From the UHGV virus genome UHGV-1350683: a stretch of 47,429 bases of DNA. The stretch is one strand, 5' to 3'. Under the pieces are notes generated by a model. That model did no database searches, was not told the DNA's origin, and saw only the letters and a list, made by a program, of their open reading frames with translations. The translations under genes were made by a program, and so were the position numbers. Below, piece after piece: positions 14,006 through 22,626 of this stretch. This stretch comes from a virus. The number at the start of each line of letters is the position of its first letter. The first letter of the stretch is position 1.

Positions 14006-14416
14006 TTCCTTGAACTCTGGCGCTTCAGTCCAGAAGACTACATTTCGCAGCGACTTACCAGTGTGATTGCACCAGTATATGCCTGAGTCATCATATTTGG
14101 CAGTGACCTTGACGCGATCAGCATCAATAATAACAACCTCCTGTCCATCTTTAGGGTCGAAAAGACGCGCATCCTTCCAGTTGGCAATCTCATTAATGGA
14201 AAGAAGAACATAGCCGGGAAGATAAGCGCCGACATCAGCAATGTGAACTATGGTTCTCTCTGTTCTCTCTCCTGTGTAGTCTCCATTCCATTCATAAAGA
14301 ATAATCGCGTCTCCAACCTTAAAATCACGATCGTTCTTTCTTAGTTCCGCCTTCTTGTGTCCGGTAACTACAGGCCAGAAGTGCTCAGGTAAAATCTTTA
14401 GTTCGTGCGTTTTGCT
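14003..14416 (-). CDS. ASCH/DUF3850-like (PUA-fold) protein
   Basis: Motif HELKILPEHFWPVVTGHKKAELRKNDRDFKVGD. Start with RBS GGAGG. Confidence 0.5.
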   Translation of the reverse strand, partial: SKTHELKILPEHFWPVVTGHKKAELRKNDRDFKVGDAIILYEWNGDYTGERTERTIVHIADVGAYLPGYVLLSINEIANWKDARLFDPKDGQEVVIIDADRVKVTAKYDDSGIYWCNHTGKSLRNVVFWTEAPEFKE

Positions 14417-14420
14417 CATT

Positions 14421-14675
14421 TCAATCCTCCAATACCCAAACTGAATTACCAATACGACTGTTATTTAAATCCTTTGATACAACCCCATCCTTACAAAGAG
14501 AAATCAGAACCTTCCGTAACTTCGCTGCTGTCCATTCATCATCAGGAAATTCATTCACCATTGATAGGCGCAAACTCCACGTAGCCACTGAGAACTTACG
14601 AAAAATTCCAAGTTTCTCCTCCTCAATGGATTTTCTCTTTCTCATCACATATAAAACTTTATCCTTCACATCCAT
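14421..14675 (-). CDS. hypothetical protein (possible small wHTH)
   Basis: 84 aa with a basic N-terminus, in the leftward operon. Confidence 0.3.
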   Translation of the reverse strand: MDVKDKVLYVMRKRKSIEEEKLGIFRKFSVATWSLRLSMVNEFPDDEWTAAKLRKVLISLCKDGVVSKDLNNSRIGNSVWVLED

Positions 14676-14685
14676 TTTCTTGCCC

Positions 14686-14877
14686 TCACTTAATCATCAT
14701 CTTTGAAATATCAACGTGACCAATACAAAATCTGTGCCAGTAATCATCAAGCACGTGGTAATTAGAGCGAATCCATACTTTGTTAATCCCACTCCAGAAA
14801 AACCACGTCGAATAACCATGCGGCCTGAAATGCCATGAACCTTCTGAGCGACAAAGTTCGCCTGATATTGTTCTCAT
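14686..14877 (-). CDS. hypothetical protein
   Basis: ATGA overlap with the stop of the upstream P-loop gene (start taken at MRTISGEL). Confidence 0.35.
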   Translation of the reverse strand: MRTISGELCRSEGSWHFRPHGYSTWFFWSGINKVWIRSNYHVLDDYWHRFCIGHVDISKMMIK

Positions 14878-16505
14878 TTTAAGTTCCTCATAAATCTCAT
14901 TCGCTTCATTGCTGATGACAGGATATTCCTGACTGATGAGTTCATCCGCAAACCTGACCATGAACCGCCACCAGAAAGCCGGATATTGGATGGATTTTCT
15001 GGGTCAAGCTCTATTGGTGAATGCCTGTTTTCAGAGATAGCAATGATGACCTCGTAAGTAAATTTATCCGGCGTAACCTGAATTGAGTTTGAATCGGCAG
15101 CGGAAATTATCTTACTGATTCTGTCGCGACAAAGTTTGTTTTTGACGACTGAAATATAAGGCTTTTCAGCGAAAGCCTTTGATTCAATGCATTTTTTAAC
15201 CTTCATAACAATGTTGTCCCACTCGGTGTTTTCAAGGCCGTCAAACTCTGCTTCGCCCTCCAGATAATCACGCAGGTCGTACATGCTGTTCATTACTGTT
15301 GCATAAGCCCATTCAATGTGGCATTCATTTATCTTTGGTGTCATGCCATTGCGTGATGATAAGTCAGCAAAAGCGCAAAGAGTCGCAAGCTCAATAACCA
15401 TCTGAGCAGATCGAGGGCCAACGCTACCAATTACACCTGGAATGTTGCTTGACTTATCTATGCGCCTGCGCAGCATCTCATAGTATTTCGAAACGCCATC
15501 ATTTGCATATTCCACATTAAAGAATCCACCTGGAATTCTTGGTTTCCATTCGTTTATTATTGTTTTATTGATTTCCATGTCAGGAGTATTCTTAAGTTCT
15601 GGCATGTGTTCATGACCTTTAATGAAAAGAGATCTCCCCATGCCACCATCCTTTTCCCATCTCCTTACTGTTGCAATCCCCTGCTCTGGGGTAACAGTTA
15701 TGAACGGAATGAACCTTACATTCTGTATTCCCTTCTCGTTAATGCACAGGTCATAACATTGCATGGCGTGATTTAATCTTCTTCCAATATCATGGTTCAT
15801 TTTTGCAAGCCGACGATAATCTATAGCGCCATCAGATTCACCGATGCGAGGTATCATCCATCCCTGAGCCTGCGCAGCAGAGAGTATTAACTTCGGGTTT
15901 TGAGCACTCGCCAGCTTCTCCTGAAACAATGTAACGACAGGAGACTCAGGAAACCAGTCACCACTAATCGACGTCCTGAACCATGAAGCCGTCTCACCAA
16001 GCGGTGAGCGAGTATCTGACCAAGCCTGAAGATGTTCAGGGCAATCATCTGCGATATAAAGCAAGAAACCATCAGCCTCAATGAGGCGTTCTTTGATTTG
16101 TCGCAATGATGTTACGGTGCTTTTTGATACGCGAGGAGTTATTCCAAGATTCTCTGCGTAAGCCTTAACAAAATCAGATGGAGCACCCTTACCTGCGCCA
16201 GATCGACCAACAATAAATGTCCCCGTCGCACACTTGTTTTTTGCACTTGGGCCAATGATGTATCTGCCAGCCATCACCTGAGCAAGCGCGATAGCACCCG
16301 GCAATCGGTATACCTCTCCTTCTTCGCGATTTTCAAAATGATTCTCTATCTCGCACATGAATTCACCAAGAGAGCCAGGAGGAATTTTGTATCCCTCACG
16401 GAATTCTGGCACGTCAATTTCATCAAGTGGATTTCCAGAATCAGGCTTACCTGTTGGCTTCAGAGATTCCTTTAGTTCAATGATTTGCTTTGAATCAGTC
16501 ATCAC
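14874..16505 (-). CDS. P-loop NTPase, putative replication initiator/loader
   Basis: Walker A IVGRSGAGKG and Walker B-like LLYIADD. 543 aa. First large gene leftward of the iteron-rich putative origin. Confidence 0.45.
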   Translation of the reverse strand: MMTDSKQIIELKESLKPTGKPDSGNPLDEIDVPEFREGYKIPPGSLGEFMCEIENHFENREEGEVYRLPGAIALAQVMAGRYIIGPSAKNKCATGTFIVGRSGAGKGAPSDFVKAYAENLGITPRVSKSTVTSLRQIKERLIEADGFLLYIADDCPEHLQAWSDTRSPLGETASWFRTSISGDWFPESPVVTLFQEKLASAQNPKLILSAAQAQGWMIPRIGESDGAIDYRRLAKMNHDIGRRLNHAMQCYDLCINEKGIQNVRFIPFITVTPEQGIATVRRWEKDGGMGRSLFIKGHEHMPELKNTPDMEINKTIINEWKPRIPGGFFNVEYANDGVSKYYEMLRRRIDKSSNIPGVIGSVGPRSAQMVIELATLCAFADLSSRNGMTPKINECHIEWAYATVMNSMYDLRDYLEGEAEFDGLENTEWDNIVMKVKKCIESKAFAEKPYISVVKNKLCRDRISKIISAADSNSIQVTPDKFTYEVIIAISENRHSPIELDPENPSNIRLSGGGSWSGLRMNSSVRNILSSAMKRMRFMRNLK

Positions 16506-16780
16506 AGGACTCTCCAGATATACATGAATTTTTTGCTTTCACTGGTTTTTGTTTTGATGACCATGCCTTGTTCATTGGCTATTCTGGTGCAGTAAGACCT
16601 GAACATGTTGTGTGTCATTCGGTACTTTTCATCAATAACCACTGAGCGGCAATTCTCCTTTTCTCCTTTGATGATTTCGCTTGAGTATTCATTCTCGAAG
16701 TGAATACCAACCAGTTCGCCAGATTTCATTGAAGATAACAGCTCGTATGCAAACATTAATTTAGTGCCATCTGGGTACAT
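16502..16780 (-). CDS. hypothetical protein
   Basis: 92 aa with RBS AGGAGGG. First gene of the leftward operon next to the origin region. Confidence 0.4.
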   Translation of the reverse strand: MYPDGTKLMFAYELLSSMKSGELVGIHFENEYSSEIIKGEKENCRSVVIDEKYRMTHNMFRSYCTRIANEQGMVIKTKTSESKKFMYIWRVL

Positions 16781-16869
16781 TCAGCCCTCCTTTTGTGATG
16801 TAAAAAATATACATGAATATTATGTACACGTCAACGGCAGCAAGATAACGAGATAACTTACACATCTTT

Positions 16870-17260
16870 ACAGTAGTTACCGGAGTTACCGGGTTTTTAC
16901 CGATCAGTTACCGATGCAAGTTACTGATAAATATAGAGTTACCGGAGTTACCGGATTTTTTGCATATGAGTCCATAAAAATATCGAAAATGAGAATTTGT
17001 ATCAAAATTGAATAAAATGCTTATAAATCATATATATAATAAGAAATTCAACCCTTTTTATATATGTAAGGAGTTACCCGGTAAATCCGGTAACTCTCCT
17101 GAGAGCCTTGCTGTGCGCGGGTTTCAAGTTACCGGACGTCCGGTAACTCCGGTAACTTTTTAATGGCGAAAACGGCACAAAAACAACATAAGTAATTGAT
17201 TAGTAACAGTTACCGGTTTTTATATTCAGAGTTACCGGATTTTGCGTTATTTGGGTAACT
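16870..17260. repeat. putative replication origin: at least 12 GTTACCGG/CCGGTAAC iterons flanking a ~100 bp AT-rich core
   Basis: Direct and inverted copies at 16876, 16885, 16907, 16938, 16947, 17073/17087, 17128-17147 (a perfect 20-bp palindrome GTTACCGGACGTCCGGTAAC), 17149, 17209, 17231 and 17254. AT-rich stretch 16975-17070. Confidence 0.6.
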
Positions 17261-17262
17261 TG

Positions 17263-17291
17263 CTGTTGACGTAGAATCGCAACTGATGTAG
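17263..17291 (+). promoter_or_regulatory. sigma70-like rightward promoter for the early small-gene array
   Basis: TTGACG-N17-TAGATT, built from two copies of the GACGTAGAWT motif. Confidence 0.5.
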
Positions 17292-17325
17292 ATTGAACTC
17301 ATCGAAACAAACGAGGGTAAAGAGA

Positions 17326-17472
17326 TGAAAATCAAAGACCGTGAAGAATTTGAAGATGCACAAGCTATGGCGCGAATTGCAGTTAACAGCACAAACAACA
17401 GCATTCCTGCTGAAGCATTCTGGAGCGCAGCAATGCAGGCTTTAATTTCGGCGTATGGGTTAAGTAAATGAC
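17326..17472 (+). CDS. hypothetical protein (48 aa)
   Basis: RBS GAGGG. Followed by several ATGA-coupled micro-ORFs (31, 27 aa) before 17652. Confidence 0.35.
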
Positions 17473-17651
17473 AGGCGCAACATTCGAACTTATCACCAGT
17501 ATGGTTGTCGTGGCATTCATCATTATCGCAGTGGCAGTTTCTAAATCAGGGTATAAGGAGTGACAGAATGAGCAACTGGCATAACGAGCAAATCATGCAG
17601 TGGTATCGCCGTCGCATCAAGGCAACAATTAGCTCTTACGAGGTGCAATAA

Positions 17652-17834
17652 ATGGCAAAGACTATCTATAGCCGCGAGAAGCTGGAACAGGAACTCGGTC
17701 ATGTTGGCGCGCAGAACTTTATGAGCAAACAGGCACGCAATGCAATGGAATCTATACGCGTGAATCGCGTTGTGCGAGTGTTTAATGGTGAAGGTAAGCG
17801 AAGAGTAATGGATGAGTTGATTATCGTGTTCTGA
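17652..17834 (+). CDS. hypothetical protein
   Basis: 60 aa in the early array. Confidence 0.35.
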   Translation: MAKTIYSREKLEQELGHVGAQNFMSKQARNAMESIRVNRVVRVFNGEGKRRVMDELIIVF

Positions 17835-17870
17835 GCACGATTCAGCAGGCTTATTTCTAATGGTGATGAT

Positions 17871-18104
17871 ATGGCAAAAATTAAAGAATATGAGTTCTGG
17901 TTTGTGCAGAACAGAATGTATGCAAGCAAGTCAATAAAGCGAGTCCACTGGTGGAATAAGTGTCTAATCCTGTCCGGCAGCATTGTGCTGGCAAAGTGCA
18001 GATTCAAAGCTATTGACATCACAGATGAGGATGCGCTCAAAATCGCGAAGATTGAGTTTGAAGAAGATGGTTATTACGAAGAAATTATGGGGGTTGGGTT
18101 ATGA
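17871..18104 (+). CDS. hypothetical protein
   Basis: 77 aa. ATGA coupling to the next gene. Confidence 0.35.
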   Translation: MAKIKEYEFWFVQNRMYASKSIKRVHWWNKCLILSGSIVLAKCRFKAIDITDEDALKIAKIEFEEDGYYEEIMGVGL

Positions 18105-18577
18105 GTGAAGTTAAAACATACGCAGTAAACTGCAATGCCGCGTGGCTTAACACAGATGGCGATGATATCTATGGATCATATGTTAAGTATGCTGATTACA
18201 TGGCTCTTGCGACAAAGCTCGATATCGCAGAGCGCGCTTGCGCTGCTATGGCTGCTGAGAGTGCAGCACTTAAGGACATAAACGAGTGGTGCAAAACAGA
18301 TGCATTCGGCAACATGTATCGTGAGTTTAAAACAGCAGAAGAGGTCGGCTGTTGCAATATTGACTGTATGCATGACGCAATGGTTGTCGCAATTATGCAT
18401 GCACCTGAAGCGCCAGTCACAGATGCTTTCCTGGCTGAAATTGAACGCAAAGCAATCCGCAAGTTCATTAACAGCATTGAACACATCCTGCGTGACAAGC
18501 TGTCTCCGTATGACAGCGAAGAGATGCTTGAGGCTATGCGTATTTTTCTGGAAGAACAGAATGGTGAGCAAAAATGA
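18101..18577 (+). CDS. hypothetical protein (Cys-rich, acidic)
   Basis: 158 aa, coupled upstream and downstream. Confidence 0.4.
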   Translation: MSEVKTYAVNCNAAWLNTDGDDIYGSYVKYADYMALATKLDIAERACAAMAAESAALKDINEWCKTDAFGNMYREFKTAEEVGCCNIDCMHDAMVVAIMHAPEAPVTDAFLAEIERKAIRKFINSIEHILRDKLSPYDSEEMLEAMRIFLEEQNGEQK

Positions 18578-19020
18578 CAATCACAAAACAACGAGTAGAA
18601 AAAATCACATATCTCCATGAAATGGGACTGAACAGCGATATCACTGAAGAAGAGGTTTATGACCTTGCTGTGCTGGCACTAAGATTGATGTCAGAGAATG
18701 AATTAGCTATGCAGTCAATGAAAAAAGCGGATTCAGCTGTCAAATTGGCACACGAGAAGTTTTTGTCTATGGATGACGAGATACAGAAACTTCGTAACGC
18801 TTATAGCAATGAACCAATGGCATGGATTCATTATGATAACGGACTTGGCATTCCAGCAATAACTCGCAGCAAGGGTATTGCAGACGACTGGATTAGTAGA
18901 GGCTGGCGAGTTATCCATTTACACGCAAAGTTAATTGACGAAAGCAATGATGATGCTGACAAAAATATGTCTTGCGACACCACCAACCAGCAATTCGAAA
19001 GTCTGGCTAAAAGTGAATAA
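18574..19020 (+). CDS. hypothetical protein
   Basis: 148 aa. Confidence 0.4.
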   Translation: MTITKQRVEKITYLHEMGLNSDITEEEVYDLAVLALRLMSENELAMQSMKKADSAVKLAHEKFLSMDDEIQKLRNAYSNEPMAWIHYDNGLGIPAITRSKGIADDWISRGWRVIHLHAKLIDESNDDADKNMSCDTTNQQFESLAKSE

Positions 19021-19174
19021 CTACACGTTCATATTAATTATCAGTGCGCTCTATGTGGCGCACGCTTTAGTGGAGATGTATCTATGACCGGACACCAACG
19101 ACGCCACTACACCCCTGGCGCTAAAATCTTCCTTGCTGTTTATATGTTGTCACTGGTAGCAGCTATCTCAGGAG

Positions 19175-19363
19175 TTGTGCATTATGTTTAACGATATCAG
19201 TGACGCAATGGAATTTATGTGGAAACGATACTGGGACGGTATGATGACCTGTCATTACATGATGGTGCAGCTCGGCAATCGCATTGAGGTTGTGCCTGAC
19301 AATGGCGTTCATGAAATAAAATACATGTGCTCAACTAGGGATTATGCTAATGCAAACCACTAA
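19175..19363 (+). CDS. hypothetical protein
   Basis: 62 aa. Followed by a coupled 57-aa ORF at 19350..19523. Confidence 0.3.
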   Translation: MCIMFNDISDAMEFMWKRYWDGMMTCHYMMVQLGNRIEVVPDNGVHEIKYMCSTRDYANANH

Positions 19364-19566
19364 GCAAAAAGTCTGGCAACTCGCGAAACAACATGAGCTG
19401 GACGATTTTATCGCTAATGTAGCAAAGACATTCCCTGACGCGCTTGAAATCGTTCATGTGCAGACGCGAACTGAAAACGCATGGTGCTATGCTGGTAAGC
19501 GTGATAACGATGGTGTACAATAAACGCATAACCACCTTGCTTCACTCATATCATCACCCAACCTTT

Positions 19567-19594
19567 GACCCGCCTTGTGCGGGTTCTTTTTTAT
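19567..19594 (+). terminator. intrinsic terminator ending the early array
   Basis: GACCCGC-CTTGT-GCGGGTT followed by CTTTTTTAT. Confidence 0.7.
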
Positions 19595-19639
19595 CTGTGT
19601 TAAACTAACAATATCGAAATACGAAAAGACGAAAACAGA

Positions 19640-20086
19640 ATGGCTAATCCAAACCCTGTCATGAAATTTTCCTCTGAGTACCAGCCTGCTGGCAGAGGAT
19701 TAAGCTACAGAAACAGGCTTATTGAAGCATTAAAGCGTTGCGGGCTTGGTGAGGAGGAATTCCTTGACGCATTTATCAGGACGTCAATCAGGATGACGGA
19801 GGAAAACCCGACTCAGGGTGTGCAAATGCTGAAGGAGATATTCCTGCGCATCAGCCCCGTGCAGAAAAGTATGGCACCTCCTGTTAATTTTAAATACCGC
19901 AAAAATGCCACGCCAGTAGAGCAGATAGAGGACGTCATTCAATATGTTTCCAGTGGCGAGCTTCCAATTGACGTGGCGTCTCAGGTTGTTTCTATGATTA
20001 AGGTTGGTCTTGATGTGAAAGAATTAACCGAACTCGCCGCGCGCCTTGAGCGACTGGAAAAATTGCTGGAGCAGCAGAATGCGTGA
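19640..20086 (+). CDS. terminase small subunit
   Basis: 148 aa, immediately upstream of the large terminase. Helical DNA-binding N-terminus and a coiled-coil C-terminus. Confidence 0.5.
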   Translation: MANPNPVMKFSSEYQPAGRGLSYRNRLIEALKRCGLGEEEFLDAFIRTSIRMTEENPTQGVQMLKEIFLRISPVQKSMAPPVNFKYRKNATPVEQIEDVIQYVSSGELPIDVASQVVSMIKVGLDVKELTELAARLERLEKLLEQQNA

Positions 20087-20234
20087 TTTCATCTTCTTCA
20101 TGTGCGGCATGGTATTTCAGACAATGCTTTTTGCTGGTGGCTTTGCTGATAACTACGCACTACTGGCGTTGGCGTTTATTTTTTGTCTCTCCTGCATGAT
20201 GTGCTCGCAATTCAGGGGTCGACATGGCTCGTAA
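20078..20234 (+). CDS. small hydrophobic protein (51 aa) encoded between the terminase subunits
   Basis: ATG overlaps the small-terminase stop, and the ORF's stop overlaps the large-terminase start. Two hydrophobic segments. Confidence 0.3.
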
Positions 20235-21645
20235 ACGACTCTCCGCTCTGGCAATCGAAAAGCTGGAGGCGCAGATTGATGACGCAATGACAGATGTCGC
20301 AGAGTCAGCCATCTTTGGCATCTGTGATATGCAGAAGAACGTCATTAAGCGGTTAAGGATGACCGCTACTGGCGTGGATGACGTAACCAATGCAACCACT
20401 CATGCAGAACACCTGATTCCGGCAAAGCTGGAGCGCCTGCTTTATCCGAAGCCGTGGAAGGTTGTTTATGGTGGCCGTGGGTCGGCGAAGACTCGCACGG
20501 TATCGACAATCCTTACTGAGTCGGCAAGATTCAAATCTGAACGTATCGGGTGCTTCCGCGAGATTCAGCAATCAATTGAAGACTCCAGCTATCAGGAGCT
20601 GGTGGACGAGATTGATCGCAAGGGAGAATCAAAAGAGTATCGCTGCATAGATGGCAAAATCACCCATAAGAAGACTAAATCAAAGTTCCGATTCCGTGGC
20701 CTTTATCGAAACGTGACTGGCGTTAAGGGTTTTGCTGGCATAACGAAGGCATGGATTGAGGAGGCTGAAAACGTCAGTCAGGCATCGTGGGATATCCTTG
20801 AGCCTACTGTACGTAACCCCGGCGCTGAAATATGGGTGACATTCAACCCCAATAAAGAAACAGACGCCACATGGACGAGATGGGTTGCCCCGTGGCATAA
20901 CAAGATGGTAAACGGAATTTACGAGGATGATGAAATACTCATCATTGAGTGTAACTGGACCGATAACCCGTGGATGACAGAGGAACTGATCCGTTCAAAA
21001 GATAAAATGAAGCGCGTCGACTTCGACCGCTACATGTGGATATGGGAAGGGAAATTTAACAAACGTAGCGACGAACAAGTCTTCGGCGGCAAATGGCGCA
21101 TTGATAACTTTGAAGTCAAACCTGAATGGCATGGCCCATATTTCGGGATGGACTTCGGTTTTTCCACGGATCCCACCGCAATGGTTGAGGTTTATATCGA
21201 AGAATTACCCGGAGGACGGCGCAACATTTATATTAATCGCGAGTACGGCAAGGTTGGGCTTGAGATTACCGATACGCCAGCTGCGATGGAGCAATCATTT
21301 CCGATGGCTAAGCGCGCACGATGGTATGCAGACTGCGCGCGACCAGAAACTATCAGTCACATCAAACGTTCTGGATTCGATATTCACCCATGCACAAAAT
21401 GGCCTGGAAGCGTTGAGGATGGTGTTACGTGGCTGCGCGGTTGTGACAGCATCATCATTCACGAACGATGCAAGGAAATGCAGAATGAGGCAGCAATGTA
21501 CAGCTACAAAGTTGATAAGCTGACAGGGAATGTGCTGACTGATATTGTCGACGCATTCAACCACTTCTGGGATGCGGTTCGCTACGCCCTCAATGACCAC
21601 ATCGTCCAGCGCGGTAGCGGGATGCTAATCCGTCGCAGGAGATAA
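20224..21645 (+). CDS. terminase large subunit (Terminase_3/PBSX-like)
   Basis: Walker A VYGGRGSAKT. 473 aa. Nuclease-like C-terminal half. Confidence 0.85.
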   Translation: MARKRLSALAIEKLEAQIDDAMTDVAESAIFGICDMQKNVIKRLRMTATGVDDVTNATTHAEHLIPAKLERLLYPKPWKVVYGGRGSAKTRTVSTILTESARFKSERIGCFREIQQSIEDSSYQELVDEIDRKGESKEYRCIDGKITHKKTKSKFRFRGLYRNVTGVKGFAGITKAWIEEAENVSQASWDILEPTVRNPGAEIWVTFNPNKETDATWTRWVAPWHNKMVNGIYEDDEILIIECNWTDNPWMTEELIRSKDKMKRVDFDRYMWIWEGKFNKRSDEQVFGGKWRIDNFEVKPEWHGPYFGMDFGFSTDPTAMVEVYIEELPGGRRNIYINREYGKVGLEITDTPAAMEQSFPMAKRARWYADCARPETISHIKRSGFDIHPCTKWPGSVEDGVTWLRGCDSIIIHERCKEMQNEAAMYSYKVDKLTGNVLTDIVDAFNHFWDAVRYALNDHIVQRGSGMLIRRRR

Positions 21646-21648
21646 AAA

Positions 21649-21677
21649 TAAAGCCCTCGATTGAGGGCTTTATTTTA
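21649..21677. terminator. bidirectional intrinsic terminator
   Basis: AAAGCCCTC-GATT-GAGGGCTTT followed by ATTTTAC. Confidence 0.75.
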
Positions 21678-21846
21678 CATCGCGGCACACTCCCAAATGA
21701 ATGCTTGCTTGTCACACAGCTTTGCCATTTGATTCCATGTTTGCTTTCCTGGAAGGTAAGCGCAATCTTCTGCTTTTTGACGATACATCGCGGCTTCAGC
21801 TTGAGACTTCAACATTTCAATTCGAGCTAATTCTTTCATATTCATC
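21673..21846 (-). CDS. hypothetical protein (57 aa)
   Basis: RBS GAGGGGA. Driven by the leftward promoter at 21872-21900. Confidence 0.3.
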
Positions 21847-21871
21847 CCCTCAATCCTGTTTCGATAAAATG

Positions 21872-21900
21872 ATTCTACGTCACCATTGAATCTACGTCAA
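21872..21900 (-). promoter_or_regulatory. sigma70-like leftward promoter
   Basis: Minus strand reads TTGACG-tagattcaatggtgacg-TAGAAT. Confidence 0.5.
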
Positions 21901-21938
21901 CATTTATTGTTGTTGCTGATAAATCTTCACCACCACAC

Positions 21939-21967
21939 TTGACCAATCTACACCGAGCGCATAGTAT
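21939..21967 (+). promoter_or_regulatory. sigma70-like rightward promoter
   Basis: TTGACC-N17-TAGTAT. Confidence 0.5.
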
Positions 21968-21997
21968 ATCTACATCAGGCTTACCGGAGATATCACT

Positions 21998-22204
21998 ATG
22001 CGCAGCTATGCAGGATTCACACAGGAGGAAAAAGAGCAGGTTTATTCACTGGCGCGGGCCGGTGTGCCTGATGATGTGATTTGCCGTCGGTATGACATCG
22101 ACGAGGATTTCCTGCTGCGCGTTATTGATGATGTCTTCGTTAACCTGCAAGAGAAGCGCGGATATAAGGGTATCTGCTGCAAGAATGATTTTTTGAGAGG
22201 GTGA
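21998..22204 (+). CDS. hypothetical protein
   Basis: 68 aa. Shares an 18-bp RBS-containing repeat with the next gene. Confidence 0.35.
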   Translation: MRSYAGFTQEEKEQVYSLARAGVPDDVICRRYDIDEDFLLRVIDDVFVNLQEKRGYKGICCKNDFLRG

Positions 22205-22208
22205 AAAC

Positions 22209-22406
22209 ATGAAAAGCATAATGAAAAGAATGGTTCGGGCATATGATAAAGAGCTGTGCGTATTCAGAGATATGCGTAATAGCAAGAAAAAGCGCAGAGC
22301 CACGGCGCGGCAGTTAGCATCATATTATGATGAAGATATTGCAATTGAGTGCCAGGAAGATGCTGATGAGTTTGCTCGTGATGATATTTGCTATATGGTT
22401 AACTGA
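22209..22406 (+). CDS. hypothetical protein
   Basis: 65 aa. Confidence 0.35.
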   Translation: MKSIMKRMVRAYDKELCVFRDMRNSKKKRRATARQLASYYDEDIAIECQEDADEFARDDICYMVN

Positions 22407-22422
22407 TTTTGAGAGGGTGATC

Positions 22423-22626
22423 ATGAGAGAATTTGCAAGAGATTTCCTGTTTATTGGTATTAAGTACACCATTGCACTGGCGATTGCTTTCCCGCTTATC
22501 TGGTTGATTAGATGGGAAGCTCCAAGTATTGATGACATTCTAAACTGGCAGGTTTTCAGGCTTGTTATCGGCTTGTGGATTATTTCAGCAATTGGTGCTT
22601 GGTGGATTAATCATGTTCAGGAATAA
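22423..22626 (+). CDS. small membrane protein (2 TM)
   Basis: 68 aa with RBS GAGAGGGTGA. Confidence 0.35.
   Translation: MREFARDFLFIGIKYTIALAIAFPLIWLIRWEAPSIDDILNWQVFRLVIGLWIISAIGAWWINHVQE

Noticed and set aside
16870-17260. Possibility that the GTTACCGG repeat array is a CRISPR array
   Set aside because: Repeats are only 8-9 bp, irregularly spaced, present in both orientations and partly palindromic, with no cas genes. They fit iterons or operators, not CRISPR.
18176-18620. Overlapping minus-strand ORFs (134 and 140 aa) across the early gene array
   Set aside because: Cys/Ser-rich low-complexity translations antisense to a tightly coupled plus-strand gene series.
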